From: Octopus sinensis
Taxonomy: Eukaryota
DNA length: 64,000 nucleotides
Reading direction: 5' to 3'
NCBI RefSeq assembly: GCF_006345805.1
Contig: NC_042997.1
Coordinates: forward strand, 204,600,001 to 204,664,000
In this document: positions 1 to 12,075 of the stretch, in pieces
Layout of the letters: every line of letters starts with the position of its first letter
Numbering within the stretch: position 1 is the stretch's first letter
The notes under the pieces: generated by a model
Told to the model about the DNA's origin: nothing
The model's database searches: none
The model's input: only the letters and a program-made list of their open reading frames with translations
Made by a program: the position numbers and the translations under genes

Positions 1-15
1 ATACACACACATACT

Positions 16-397
16 CTCTTTCACTCTTTTATTTGTTTCAGTCATTTGACTGTGGCCATGCTGGAGCACCACCTTTAGTCGAGGAAATCAACCCCAGGAC
101 TCATTCTTTGTAAGCCTAGTACTTATTCTATCGGTAGCTTTTGTCAAAATGCTAAGTTATGGGGATGTAAACACACCAGCATCGGTTGTCAAGCAATGTT
201 GGTGGGGACAAACACACACATATATATATATACATATACATATATATGACGGGCTTCTTTCAGGTTCCGTCTACCAAATCCACCCACAAGGCTTTGGTCG
301 GCCCGAAGACACTTGCTCAAGGTGTCACACAATAGAACTGAACCCGGAACCATGTGGTTGGTAAGCAAGCTACTTACCACACAGCCACTCCTGTGCC
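16..397 (-). mobile_element. tRNA-headed SINE, family A (octopus OR-like), full length
   Basis: Minus strand has a tRNA-like head (A-box-like TGGCTGTGTGG, B-box-like GGTTCAGT), an internal (TA)/(CA) microsatellite, and the 3' tail GGTGCTCCAGCATGGCCACAGTCAAATGACTGAAAC. The same sequence recurs at 2658, 24795 and 55780. Confidence 0.85.
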
Positions 398-454
398 TAT
401 ATATATATATGTATATATATATGTATATATATAACGGGAAGGTTTACGAAAATA

Positions 455-605
455 AACAAAAGACGAAGGCAGGTGGAGTACAAACAAATGTATTAGTATG
501 GCACTCAGGAATATAATAGAACAAATCTTTCACGTTTCGAGCCTACGCTCTTCGACAGAAAGATACACAGAAAAAAACAAGGAGAGAAACAAGGAGAGAG
601 AAAAA
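455..605 (-). mobile_element. Penelope-like terminal-repeat fragment carrying a hammerhead-like motif (525-564)
   Basis: Homologous to 9600-9735 and 35675-35815. Minus strand 564->525 reads ATCTTT CTGTCGA A GAGC GTAG GCTC GAAACGT G AAAGAT. Confidence 0.55.
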
Positions 606-613
606 AATGATAT

Positions 614-646
<33 letters not shown>

Positions 647-924
647 GAGTTACTATATGATTATATTATTGGATATTAGACTGACTAAAGAACTAGAGAC
701 ACACGTGCATGCATACACACACACATAAACACACACGCAAACACACTCACACACACACACACACTGTAGATTTTTGTAATTTAGTCTGCTCTCTGTATAG
801 TTAAGTAACTTCTATACTGAGTAGTAGTGTCAGTTATGAGCTACAGAGAGCAAATATAGGAAAAATAAGGATAAACACATGTTCCTCCTCCTCCCCCTCA
901 TCCCTAACCCTGTCGTTGTCGTTG

Positions 925-1135
925 TCATCATCATCATTTAATGTCCTTTTTTTCCATGCTGGCATGGGTTGGACAGTTTGACTAGAACAGATGAGCCAGT
1001 GCGCTCTGCCAGGTGTTGTGTCTGCTTTGGTATGGTCTCTACGGCTGGATGCCCTTTCTAATGCCAACTGCAAAGTATGCCAAATACTCTTCACATGGCA
1101 TCAGCACTGGCGAGGGAGCCAAGTTTTCACAGCAC
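925..1135 (-). mobile_element. RTE LINE 3' end (5'-truncated)
   Basis: (CAT)n tail plus the TTCCATGCTGGCATGGGTTGGAC...GGATGCCCTT family core. The family is linked to an RTE ORF at 52105-53115. Confidence 0.75.
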
Positions 1136-1159
1136 TCTGTCGATTACAATGATTAATGT

Positions 1160-1690
1160 TCCAGGTGATCGGGTCAATGGAACAACCTACTCATGAAATT
1201 AACGTGCAACTGGCTGAGTACTCCACAGACACACATACCTATTTCTTTACTAGCCACAAGGGGATAAACACAGAGAGGACAAACAAGGACAGACAAATGG
1301 ATTAAGTCGATTATATCGACCCCAGTGCGTAACTGGTACTTATTTAATCGACCCCGAAAGGATGAAAGGCAAAGTCGACCTCGGCGGAAATTGAACTCAG
1401 AACGTAACGTCAGACGAAATACGGCTACGCATTTTGCCTGGCGTGCTAACATTTCTGCCAGCTCGCCCTTAAGATAATTCTCATGGAGATTCAGCATGAC
1501 ACAGAATGTGACAAAGCTGACTCTTTGAAATACAGGTACAACTCATTTTTACCAGCTGATTTGCTTTGGAGCGTTGTTAAAGTAAGTGTCTGGCTCAAGG
1601 ACACAACATACTGCCAGATATTGAACTCACAACCTTATGTTCATAAGCCAAATGTCCTAACCACTAAGCCATGTGCCTTCACACAAGCAC
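1160..1690 (-). mobile_element. tRNA-headed SINE, family C, split by a family B SINE insertion
   Basis: 1160-1240 and 1470-1690 together match the intact plus-strand copy at 14890-15205. Confidence 0.7.
1241..1468 (-). mobile_element. SINE family B with Nin/Deu-type central domain
   Basis: Minus strand begins GGGCGAGCTGGCAGAAATGTTAGC and contains GAGGTCGACTTTGCCTTTCATCCTTTCGGGGTCGAT, which resembles the Nin/Deu SINE core (from memory). Multiple copies in the window. Confidence 0.8.
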
Positions 1691-2166
1691 CTACAGGATA
1701 AGATGCCCTCAACTAAGAAGGGTATAGATTTGAAGAATAAGAAACTATGATAGAAGAAGGGGAGCAGATGTCTTGCTGAAGAGGTGAATACATGGCTTGC
1801 TCACCTGGAAAATAGGAAAAATGAAAATAGAGAAAGAAAGAGATGTGAGGTCCAGGCACAACATAAATGTAAAACAGAATAAGATAGAAGAGCGAAAAAG
1901 GTAGATGTATAGGTAAATATATAGATGTAGATACAGATATATATATATATGATGGGTTTCCTTCTGTTTCCCTCTACTAGATCCACTCACAAAGCTTTGG
2001 TAGGGCTGAGGCTATAGTAGAAGACACTTGCCCAAGGTGCCATGGTGTGTGGGACTCAACCTGGAACCATGTGATTGGAAAACAAACTTCTTACCTCACA
2101 GCCACACAGCCTATGTGTACAGGAGGATCTTACACAGACTAAGCTATAGGACTAGCTATCTACATA

Positions 2167-2260
<94 letters not shown>

Positions 2261-2657
2261 TATATATATAAATTATGTGTATAAATAAATGCACACTGAG
2301 CTTACATCTGATTATATTTGTGTATTTTTAAGTAGGTGGAATTACACATTTATTTATGTAAGAGTCATCAAAGTAGCTTCAAAGGATTGTCTATTGAAGA
2401 TGTGATACCTTTGATGCATAGCTGTCACTACTCAGGCATTAGTGAGATGATTCTAAAGAATGAAATAATTAATCAGTTGTTTTTCTTGTTATTTAATCAT
2501 TGTATGTATGTAGGTTGGTGTAATACACACACACACTTTTACTTTTTTCAGCCAGAGGGTGTGACCATGACATTACATGTATTGGCTTGATGGATAGATG
2601 GATGGTTGGATGGATCACCGGGAGCAGCTGTTTGGACAAAAAAAAATACATCTAAAA

Positions 2658-3070
2658 TACGCAGGAGTGGCTGTGTGGTAAGTAGCTTGCTAACCAACCA
2701 CATGGTTCCGGGTTCAGTCCCACTGCGTGGCATCTTGGGCAAGTGTCTTCTGCTATAGCCCCGGGCCGACCAATGCCTTGTGAGTGGATTTGGTAGACGG
2801 AAACTGAAAGAAGCCTGTCGTATATATGTATATATATATATATATGTATGTGTTGAGTGTATATGTTTGTGTCTGTGTTTGTCCCCCTGGCATTGCTTGA
2901 CAACCGATGCTGGTGTGTTTACGTCCCCGTTTCTTAGCAGTTCGGCAAAAGAGACCGATAGAATAAGTACTGGGCTTGCAAAAGAATAAGTCCTGGGGTC
3001 GATTTGCTTGATTAAAAGGCGGTGCTCCAGCATGGCCGCAGTCACATGACTGAAACAAGTAAAAGAGAAG
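2658..3070 (+). mobile_element. SINE family A, full length
   Basis: Head GCAGGAGTGGCTGTGTGGTAAG...GGTTCAGTCCC and tail GGCGGTGCTCCAGCATGGCCGCAGTCACATGACTGAAACAAGTAAAAGAG. Confidence 0.9.
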
Positions 3071-3072
3071 AG

Positions 3073-3300
3073 TAACTCTTTCATTATCATATTTCTGTTG
3101 AAGTGCAGTCCTTTTGCTTCAATTAATTTCGAAAATAATGAAGAATTTAGTAAAAATAACTTTGTCATTATTAAGTTGGTGTTTGGAACATAAATTAACA
3201 TGAAACTATGAGTGAAGGTTTTAATTTAGATCATTTCAAAACTGGAAGTTTGTATCAGAGACAGATGTGAACTCAGGTAGGATGGTATCAAAAGAGTTAA
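3073..3300. mobile_element. piggyBac-like MITE (degenerate)
   Basis: Ends TAACTCTTTC... and ...AAAAGAGTTAA. End motifs match, in the opposite orientation, those of 48402-48629, which ends GAAAGGGTTAA (TTAA-CCC-type termini). Confidence 0.5.
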
Positions 3301-3336
3301 ATATGTACGTGAATATCCATGTGTGTCAGTGGCGTA

Positions 3337-4228
3337 TATGAGGTCTGATCAAATTGTATCAAGGCTGGTACTATAGAAAGAAAGCTACAACAATATCAAT
3401 TCTTCTTCAAAATAGTCCCCTTCTGAAACTGCACACTTTATAATAATAATAATGAAATTATTGTATACAGTGTTCAGGTGCACCACAACTTGTCAAAAGT
3501 GCGTATAAAGCATCTGCAGTAATGTACAAATGTCTGGAAAGCGAACAGTGTATGAGTTAGATACATGCTTGCATATGTATGGAGGGGAGAAAATCAGGTG
3601 TAGTGTTGGCGAATCTCAGGAAGCATGGAAGTTTTGAAGGATGCAGTGCTCTGGCAACTAACAACTGATGCCGGCAGTTTGTTCCATGCTTCAGCAGCTC
3701 TTAGCGTGAAAAAATGTTTCCGAAAATCATGGGCGCTGTGCTGTTTTCTGACTTTGTAAACATGTCCACGGGTGTTATTTCACATTGTTTCCATTGTTGG
3801 AAGCATTCCTGGAACTCTTGTTTTGGGATAATGAGCAGCTGCCTTGTCACATTCCGTTGGATTTCCTCAGCATCTTGAAGCCTTGGTTAGGTCTTACACT
3901 GGGAAGACTGAGCCTTGACTTCAAGATAATCGCCAAAGACCCATAATTCATGACCTGTTATGACTGTTTTTTAAAAAGGTTTTGTCTTCCTCAACACTGT
4001 CAAGGAGATCCTGCACAGCTGAAACTTAATCTTCTTTTTGAGGTAGCCACACTCTACACACTTTACTTCCAAGCACGTCTATACACAATGGAAGTGAGTG
4101 AGAATGTTATAACTTGGTGTGCATGAGTGAAGGAGTTTACGGTCAAACTGTACCAGGTGGCTTCACTTTGCATACTTTAGCTCTGTTCCCATAGCAACAG
4201 TCCAAGTGCATTTTGATCAGACCTCATA
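3337..4228 (-). mobile_element. Internally deleted mariner relic
   Basis: Perfect 17-bp inverted repeat TATGAGGTCTGATCAAA at 3337-3353 and 4212-4228, including TA. Minus-strand remnants GHELWVFG..EVKAQSSQ, EEIQRNVTRQLLIIPKQEFQECFQQWK and SEGDYFE are mariner-like. Confidence 0.8.
3433..3778 (-). mobile_element. CR1-clade LINE 3' end nested in the mariner
   Basis: Minus translation TRGHVYKVRKQHSAHDFRKHFFTLRAAEAWNKLPASVVSCQSTASFK is a CR1 ORF2 C-terminal signature. It is followed by an (ATT)n tail. Confidence 0.85.
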
Positions 4229-4465
4229 GTAATTATTGTCAAAGGATATGAACTATACCTTCTACAACAACAGCATTGCTATAAAGAAAATCAGTCTCAG
4301 TCAATGAATTTATACATTTCACCAAAAGAATGAACACAGGTTCCGTGTCAGTGGAATGCCAATCACCCTTTGTTCCTTATTTTTGTTTCTCTCTCTCTCA
4401 TTATCTTGCCATCCGTTTGTACATATAATGTAACTAGCTGTCAGGTGTGCAATTCTGTTTTAGAG

Positions 4466-5000
4466 CAGGACTCACCAAACTATGACCCACAGGTCAGATC
4501 CGGCCCACAAAGTCAGTTCATCTGGCCCACTGCTGCACGGTACATTTTTGTGTGAGTACCGGCAATGAGAGTTCATTTGCCTCTGGTATGGCATCAATGG
4601 AACAACTTATGTCTGTGAACAAACGTTTTCAAAAATGAAGTCAGCACATCGAACGAGGTTGACTGATGAACATTTAGAAGCATTTCTCTTGGTTGGATGT
4701 AGCAATTCCAAAGCAAATATTGATGATATCTTAAAAGCTAAACACACCAGTTTCACAAATCTCACAAATCTTTTCTTGCTGCTTAGTTTGTAAGATTCAG
4801 ATATGTGTGCACTGGGTGTGATATAACGATCTTATTGCTAATATCGCCTTCTTTGAAAAATTTTTGGTAAATAAAAAATGTTGGCTATCTTTATTTTTTT
4901 GTGTATTCGCTGTATTGTATTGATGAAAATGGTTATGTGGCCCATGCTCATCATTCTCTCAGTTATCTGGCCCAAAGTGATAAAAGTTTGGTGACCCCTG
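4466..5000 (+). mobile_element. Non-autonomous hAT (Charlie/SPIN-like) element
   Basis: 16-bp imperfect TIRs (CAGGACTCACCAAACT; reverse complement of right end CAGGGGTCACCAAACT). 8-bp TSD TTTTAGAG/TTTTAGAA. Internal TTYVCEQTFSKMKSAHRTRLTDEHLE resembles the hAT C-terminal dimerisation region. Confidence 0.85.
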
Positions 5001-6306
5001 TTTTAGAATAACTGTCAAAGTATTTCATAGCAGGAGACAGGAAAATTGTGATCTCTGATTATATTTTCGAGTGATTTAATATTTATGATGAATTCACTAT
5101 GTTTGATGGGTGTGCAGTGCTTACCTAGGACACCTAGTATTGGTGAATTTGGATATACCTATGAATATATGTGTAATTGTGGGTGATAGCATATATGATT
5201 TGACTAAAAGTATCTTTTTGACTTTGTTATTAGTATCATCAATCTAAGGAAGCAGGAATTTTTGGCAATAACGAAATACCTGTGAGTCACTGAGAGAAGA
5301 TGCTTAAGGTCAGCAGTTCAACAGAATTATGCAAGTTTTTGAATGGATTTTTAATGCACAAGCTATATCCCCCCCCCCCCACATCCTCTCTCATTGTTGC
5401 TCTTATGACCCAAGAGAGTAGCCATGCTCATGCATGATTTTTGTGACCATATACACTTGTGACCTTTTCACAATTATAACACAATACACATGCTGTGGCC
5501 CCATGTGCTTGATCATGTCTGTAGGATATCACTCAATCAAAGGGTCAGCAAACTGTATCCTGTCCTGAAACTTGTTTTGTGTTTGGAGGCTAAATTCACT
5601 TAGGTTTACACGGCAAACACAAGACAGTATAGAATCAAGTTGTTGTTTTGTTGTTATTGTTATTTAGTCGATTGAGTAGAATTGCAATGTTTCAGCTGTA
5701 ACCATACAATCAGTTCTTCTGGCATTGTGCATCTCTTGCTTTTTATATTGGTAGGGTGTGATTTGATGGATGAAATATAATTCGACCTTTTCACACACAC
5801 ATACATATATGTACACAAACACAAACACACACACACTCACACATGCCAATTATGAGGCTAATTATATGTAAAATTATAAGATTTTTCTGTTGTCAAAGAC
5901 CCATTTATAAACCGTACAAAGTAAAACTCTGTTGAGGGAGACAGACAGTCACTGCATCATGTTTACTTGATATAAAAATTCCTCACACAGTTTTATAAGA
6001 CTTTACAAAATGTTGGTTGCACAAAAGATGCCAGTAACAGAAACTTTAAAAAAAAACCCAGAAAGACAAGATATTTGAAGAAAAAACATCCAATTATTGA
6101 AGCTGAATTTTTTAATATTGTTTTCCTCTTTGACTAAGTTATGCAAAATTAAAGATACAAGAAAAGATAACTGAATGTTTGCTGGTCTCTTGTAATAAAC
6201 AATATTTTCGTAATTTTGTTTTAATTAAGTTTGTTTTACTTGAAAATTTAGTTGTGGAGCCAATGCAAACATTGCAATTGTTTGGATATACTTCTCACTT
6301 TCTCTC

Positions 6307-6337
<31 letters not shown>

Positions 6338-6795
6338 CATCATCATCATCGTCGTTTAACATCTACATTCTATGCTAGCATGGGTTGGACAGCTTGACTG
6401 AGGGCTGGTAAGCCAGAAGGCTGCACCTGGCTCCAATCTGATCTGGTAAAGTTTCTACAGCTGGATGCCCTTCCTAATGCCAAATACTCCAAGAGTGTAG
6501 TGGGTGCTTTTTATGTGCCACCGGCACGAGGGCCAGTCAGGTGGTACTGGCATCGACCACACTCAAATCATGCTTTTTACAAGCCACCGGTACGGGTGCC
6601 AATCAGGCAATACCGTCATTGGCCACGACAATGACTTCCCTTGCCTCAACAGGTCTTTGCAAGTGCAGTTTATTGCCCAATGATTGAAGAGTACTCTTAA
6701 ATGGGCTGGTTATGCTGCACTGGCGTAGGCCACAGTTACAGTCTCACTTGGCTTGCTGGGTCTTCTCAAGCACAGAATATCTCCAAAAGTCTCAT
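6338..6795 (-). mobile_element. RTE LINE 3' end including the last ORF codons
   Basis: (CAT)n tail, family core, repeat units, then GAGACTTTTGGAGATATTCTGTGCTTGAGAAGAC, homologous to the ORF end at about 52650-52690. Confidence 0.8.
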
Positions 6796-7049
6796 ATATA
6801 TAAGTAAAAGGGATTTTGGAGAGAGATATTATTTAGGTGGATACTGTATTAACTTTCAGTTAAGTTCTTGTCAATGGCTAACCACAATGGTCAGTATCTA
6901 ATGTCTGTGACTACATTTAGTTGTTAGTCATGCCATGAATTTTTTTAATGGTTATTTCCATGTTCTCTTTGCTGGACAATAAAAATTGTCTGGAGAGTAT
7001 ATTAATGTTAATAATAAGAATAAAGAGTATGGAGACTTGAAGATCCTCA

Positions 7050-7750
7050 AAATTTATTTTATAGTTAAATACAGCATATCATGATGACCTGCACATGCGT
7101 TTCAACTGCAATGACTACTCACTGTTGCAAATGCAACTTATAATATTGTCGGTGCAGCTTCATCAGGGTCCATCTATTTGGTCATCCTCAAAGTGAACAG
7201 ATTGAAGTAAATTTTTGTTAGTTAGTGTTCTGTGAGAGGTGGGGGTGTTGTTATTTATAGGTATGTGCTGTTGATCCCAACTTCACCCCAGTCACTGTCT
7301 GAAGTTAGGCTTGGTCTTAAAATTGGTTAAGGTTGCAGTTACTGCTTTTGTAAGGCTCTTTGTTTGTTTTAGTAGTTGTGTGTATTATTTTTGACTTCAA
7401 GTGTAGTGCTTGAATTGAAGGCTTCTTCTTTATTTATATTCATGTTTTGGTTGGGCTGCACATAATTTGTGTTGCACATTGTGCAGGGAATTTGTTTTTT
7501 TTATCAATGATGGTTATTAAGAATTCTTATGTTTAGGTTATGTTGTTCAATTTGTTATGTCAAGCTCAATTGTTGCTGGGGCATTGGCTATCTAGAATTA
7601 TCTTTATATCTCTTAAAAGTTCGATCATGCTTGTGTAAACATCTAAGCTTGTTCATGACTTGTATTAATTAATGCGTGTTTTCATGTAAATATTTGGTAA
7701 ATCTCCTCTACACATATGTTACATCGATTTACCCCTACTCAATAAAGCTT
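7050..7750 (-). mobile_element. Degraded Penelope-like 3' fragment with a degenerate hammerhead-like motif
   Basis: A-rich minus strand with weak GIY-YIG-like traces. CTGATGA-AGCTGCA...TGCAGTT-GAAAC...GTC lies at 7166->7086; stem I does not pair cleanly. Confidence 0.4.
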
Positions 7751-8131
7751 AGCAATACTAAATTAGTTCCCAATCAATAGAATAACTATTGCTTTTGTCT
7801 TTAATTGACCAAATGAATCTCTTTCTCTCTCTCCTTCTCTCACTTTTCTGTCCCCCCCTCTCTCTCTATATATATATATACACATATAAAGAATAAGGAG
7901 AAAAATGGAGAGGTGATTAATAAAATTATTTAACAATTATAAAATATAATTATAACAAATAAATAATTTTATTAATTACCTCTCCATTTTCTCCTTATTC
8001 TTTAAATATATAAATATATGAACCACGGTTTATATGCTTACCTTATAGTTGAGCTTTCTATAGATTGGTAACTAACCAGTATTTTAATTGGATTTATGAT
8101 CCCTTAATGAGGTTTATTACCTTTACTTGAT

Positions 8132-8176
<45 letters not shown>

Positions 8177-8199
8177 TGGAATCAAAATGTTCCCAGAAT

Positions 8200-8660
8200 A
8201 ATTATATTTAATGCCGGTGGCACGTAAAATACACCAATCTGACCGTACAACAGGCACCCATGCCAACCCCCTTGCTTGCGAAGACATGTTGGGGCAAGCG
8301 AAATCGAAATCGAATTGAACCAGCCAGGATCCCTGGTCTGGTGGTACGTAAAAAGCACCATCCGACTCGTGGCCGATGCCAGCACCGCCTCGTCTGGCTT
8401 CCGTGCCGGTGGCACATAAAATACACCAATCCGACCGTGGCCGTTGCCAGCCTCGCCTGGCACCTGTGCAGGTGGCACGTAAAAAGCACCCACTACACTC
8501 ACGGAGTGGTTGGCGTTAGGAAGGGCATCCAGCTGTAGAAACACTGCCAGATAAGACTGGAGCCTGGTGCAGCCTTCTGGCTTCCCAGATCCCTGGTCGA
8601 ACCATCCAACCCATGCTAGCATGGAGAACAGACGTTAAACAACGATGATGATGATGATGA
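8200..8660 (+). mobile_element. RTE LINE 3' end with 3-4 internal ~60-bp repeats
   Basis: Repeated GTGCCGGTGGCACGTAAAA..CACC units, family core and (GAT)n tail. Confidence 0.8.
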
Positions 8661-9503
8661 AAAAATAACTAACTTATTTGCCTAAGTTTTAATATCATCT
8701 CCCTCGAAGTAGTCACCTTGCACAGCAATACACCAGTCCCAGTGTTCCTGTCACTTTTAGAATCCAGCCTGGAGGTTGTTTTCCATGAGTGAGTTCAGGA
8801 CCTTCTGCAATTTGCTCTTGATCTTGACAATGCTTTTAAAACGGCAACTTTGATCTGTATTTTCATCTTGGAGAAGTGATGGAAATTTGCAGGTGTTAAA
8901 TCAGGCAAATAGGGTGGGTGTGGAAATGCTACCATGTTGCTTTTGGCAAGTGAGGAGAGCTTGATGATAGGATGCATTGTCGTTGTGAAGAATCCAATTC
9001 TTTGCACTCCACAGATACAGTCACTTTTGTCAAAAGTCCTCCCTAAAAAGCTTCAAAACATCGGTGACTGTCCTCCAATGATCCTCAGGCACAAGCTGAT
9101 GAATTTTCTCCACATTTCTGCGAGTGACACTCATGGCAGGTCTTCCAGTTGGCTCATCTTCCAGGGGTGTTCTTCTACTTTTGAAGCACCCATTCCACTC
9201 GAAGCATTGTGTACAACCCATTGCTTCATCACTATAAGCTCACTGAAGCATGCTCAATGTCTCTGTAGCAGACTTCCCAAAATTTCATGTTAGATCTTTA
9301 TTGCAACTTCCTGACCATGAAAAAGATCGCAGACTACAGCATACACATGATCACAAGAATACAAATTTCACAACTTGTGAAGTAAATACAGCAATGTCAC
9401 TTGGCATGCTGCCTTATGAAGGTCACTACTAGCTCTCATTGTGCATGCAACCATTTATATTGGTGTACTACAGAACTAGTTCAGGAACTTTTTGATACCA
9501 CCT

Positions 9504-9506
<3 letters not shown>
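8661..9506 (-). mobile_element. Internally deleted mariner relic
   Basis: Minus: FEWNGCFKSRRTPLEDEPTGRP (HTH region), HPPYLPDLTPANFHHFSKMK (YSPDL motif) and QGDYFEGD C-terminus. One TIR-like end, GAGGTGGTATCAAAAAGTTCCTGAACT, at about 9479-9505. Confidence 0.85.
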
Positions 9507-9589
<83 letters not shown>

Positions 9590-9599
9590 ACAAAAAAAA

Positions 9600-9735
9600 C
9601 AAAAGACGAAGACAGGTGGTGTACAAAACAAACAGATGTATTAGTATAACGCTCAGGAATAGAAAAAGTCTTTTACATTTCGGGCCTACGCTCTTCTACA
9701 GAAAGGGACACAGAAAAAAACAAGGAGAGCATCAA
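9600..9735 (-). mobile_element. Penelope-like terminal-repeat fragment with hammerhead-like motif (9670-9705)
   Basis: Homologous to 455-605. Minus strand reads CTTT CTGTAGA A GAGC GTAG GCCC GAAATGT A AAAG. Confidence 0.5.
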
Positions 9736-10301
9736 GGAGGTGTTTGTGTGTATATCTGTGTATGTGTATGTGTACAAGTGTCTTTTCTTGTATACATAAT
9801 ATGTAGCATATATAACTTCATATTTAAGATTTTCTTCTTAGCTCTTTAATCATCAGCATTCCAGTAAGATGATGATTAAAAGGTTTAAACCTCTGAGTAG
9901 GATTGGTGGATTTGTCAAAAAGGATGGATTTCAAAGAAAATCGCAAAAGCAAGAATAATGGGGAATATATAATAAGAAATACTGAAACAAACACAGTAAA
10001 CAAATGAGTCAAAACAGTTTATTAGAGGAATACGAACTGTTGAACAGGTGTGGTGCTTCACCTGAAGTATGTATTGTGATGTCTCAAATGAGAATTCCAG
10101 AGTTATGTACCAGGTTTCATCTCGTGTTACCTGTCAAAGTCATATGTTTTCTTGTGCTGTCTAATTAAAAATGTGTTGCTCACATTTAACAACAGCTTTG
10201 ACTCATTATTGCGTCGTTTGCACCAATATAAATTGTTTTACAGTATAGCATGGATTAGGATGGGATAGGGTAAATGAATACACAGGGTGTATGTATGTAT
10301 A

Positions 10302-10332
<31 letters not shown>

Positions 10333-10334
<2 letters not shown>

Positions 10335-10690
10335 CATCATCATCATCATCATCATCATCATTGTTTAACGTCCGTTTTCCACGCTAGCACGGGTTGGACG
10401 GTTCGACCGGGGTCTGGGAAGCCAGGGGCTGCACCAGGCTCCAGTTTGATCTGGCAGAGTTTCTACAACTGGATGCCCTTCCTAACGCCAACCACTCCGC
10501 GAGTGTAGTGGGTGCTTTTTACGTGCCACCTGCACAGGTGCCAGGGGGTCTGGCATCGGCCACGATCGGTTGGAGCTTTTAACGTGCCACCAGCACGGAA
10601 GCCATCCAAGGCGGCGCTGGCAACGGCCACGTTCGGATGGTGCTTTTTATGTGCTACCGGCACAGAAGCCAGTCAAGGCGGTGCTGGCAA

Positions 10691-10695
<5 letters not shown>
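10333..10695 (-). mobile_element. RTE LINE 3' end
   Basis: (CAT)n tail, family core and repeat units. Confidence 0.8.
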
Positions 10696-10731
<36 letters not shown>

Positions 10732-11049
10732 TCAAACTATGAGAAAGTGATGATTGGGGTTATATTTTAAGAATGTCTCCAGCAAAACACGGCGTGGTTA
10801 AGGAACTGGGAAATGTACCTCAAAAAACACGTGTAGCCAAGTTATAAAGTAGTAAGTATTTAAATTAAAATTCTTTTATATGGTAAGATGAAGGGCCTAC
10901 TATCTCTAAATGAAAATATATATTTCCTCATTGTGAATAATTTGAACCCCTGTTATGCCGGAATTTTTATTCCCTAACAAATAAAATTAAATATATATAT
11001 ATATATATATTAGCATTTGTTTTATGTTATAATCAAAACAATTTTACAT

Positions 11050-11282
11050 ATATCTATGTTTGTGTGTCTTTGTGTCTGTGTTTGTCCCCCACCATCACTT
11101 GACAACCTATGTTGGTGTGTTTATGTCACTCTGACTTAGTGGCTCAGCAAAAGAGACCAATAGAATAAGTATTAGATTTACAAAGAATAAGTCCAGGGGC
11201 TGATTTCTTTGACTAAAACTCTTTAAGGCAGTGTTCTGGCATGGCTGCAGTCAAATGACTGAACATGTAAAAGAATAAAAGA
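11050..11282 (+). mobile_element. SINE family A, 3' half
   Basis: GACAACCTATGTTGGTGTG...GAATAAGTA...CATGGCTGCAGTCAAATGACTGAAC. Confidence 0.7.
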
Positions 11283-11313
<31 letters not shown>

Positions 11314-11478
11314 TGTATGTATGTGTGTGTGTATGTATGTATTATGTATGTAAGTATGTGTGTGTGTGTTATGTATGTATGTATGTATGTATGTAAGTGT
11401 TTGGATGTATGTATGTATGTATGTATGTATGTATGTATGTGATGTGTGTGGTGTATGTATGTAGTATGTATGTAAGTA

Positions 11479-11509
<31 letters not shown>

Positions 11510-11641
11510 ATGTATGTAAGTGTTTGGATGTATGTATGTATGTATGTATGTATGTATGTATGTGTGTGTGTGTTATGTATGTATGTATGTATGTATGTAA
11601 GTGTTTGGATGTATGTATGTATGTATGTATGTATGTATGTA

Positions 11642-11672
<31 letters not shown>

Positions 11673-11812
11673 AAGTATGTGTGTGTGTATGTATGTATGT
11701 ATGTATGTATGTATGAATGAGTGTGTGTGTATGTATGTATGTATGTATGTATGTATGAATAAGTGTTTGTGTGTGTGTGTGTATGTATGTATGTATTATG
11801 TATGTGTGTGTG

Positions 11813-11843
<31 letters not shown>

Positions 11844-12075
11844 GTATGTGTGTGTGTATGTATGTATGTATGAATGAGTGTGTGTGTATGTATGTATGTA
11901 GTATGTATGAATAAGTGTTTGTGTGTGTGTGTATGTATGTATGATGTATGTATGTATGTGTGTGTGTGTGTGTAGTATGTATGTATGTAGTATGTAAGTA
12001 TGTGTGTGTGTATGTATGTATGTATGAATAAGTGTGTGTATGTATGTATGTATGTATGTATGAATGAATGAATGA
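11283..12075. repeat. (ATGT)n/(GT)n compound microsatellite of about 790 bp with higher-order units
   Basis: Read directly. Recurrent interruptions TAAGTGTTTGGATG (x3) and GAATAAGTGT/GAATGAGTGT. Confidence 0.95.

Noticed and set aside
10025-10075. Possible plus-strand micro-exon AG|...EYELLNRCGASPE|GTATGT
   Set aside because: Poor polypyrimidine tract and no recognisable product. Similar isolated donor-like sites at about 5120, 12893, 23394 and 34485 were also not supported.
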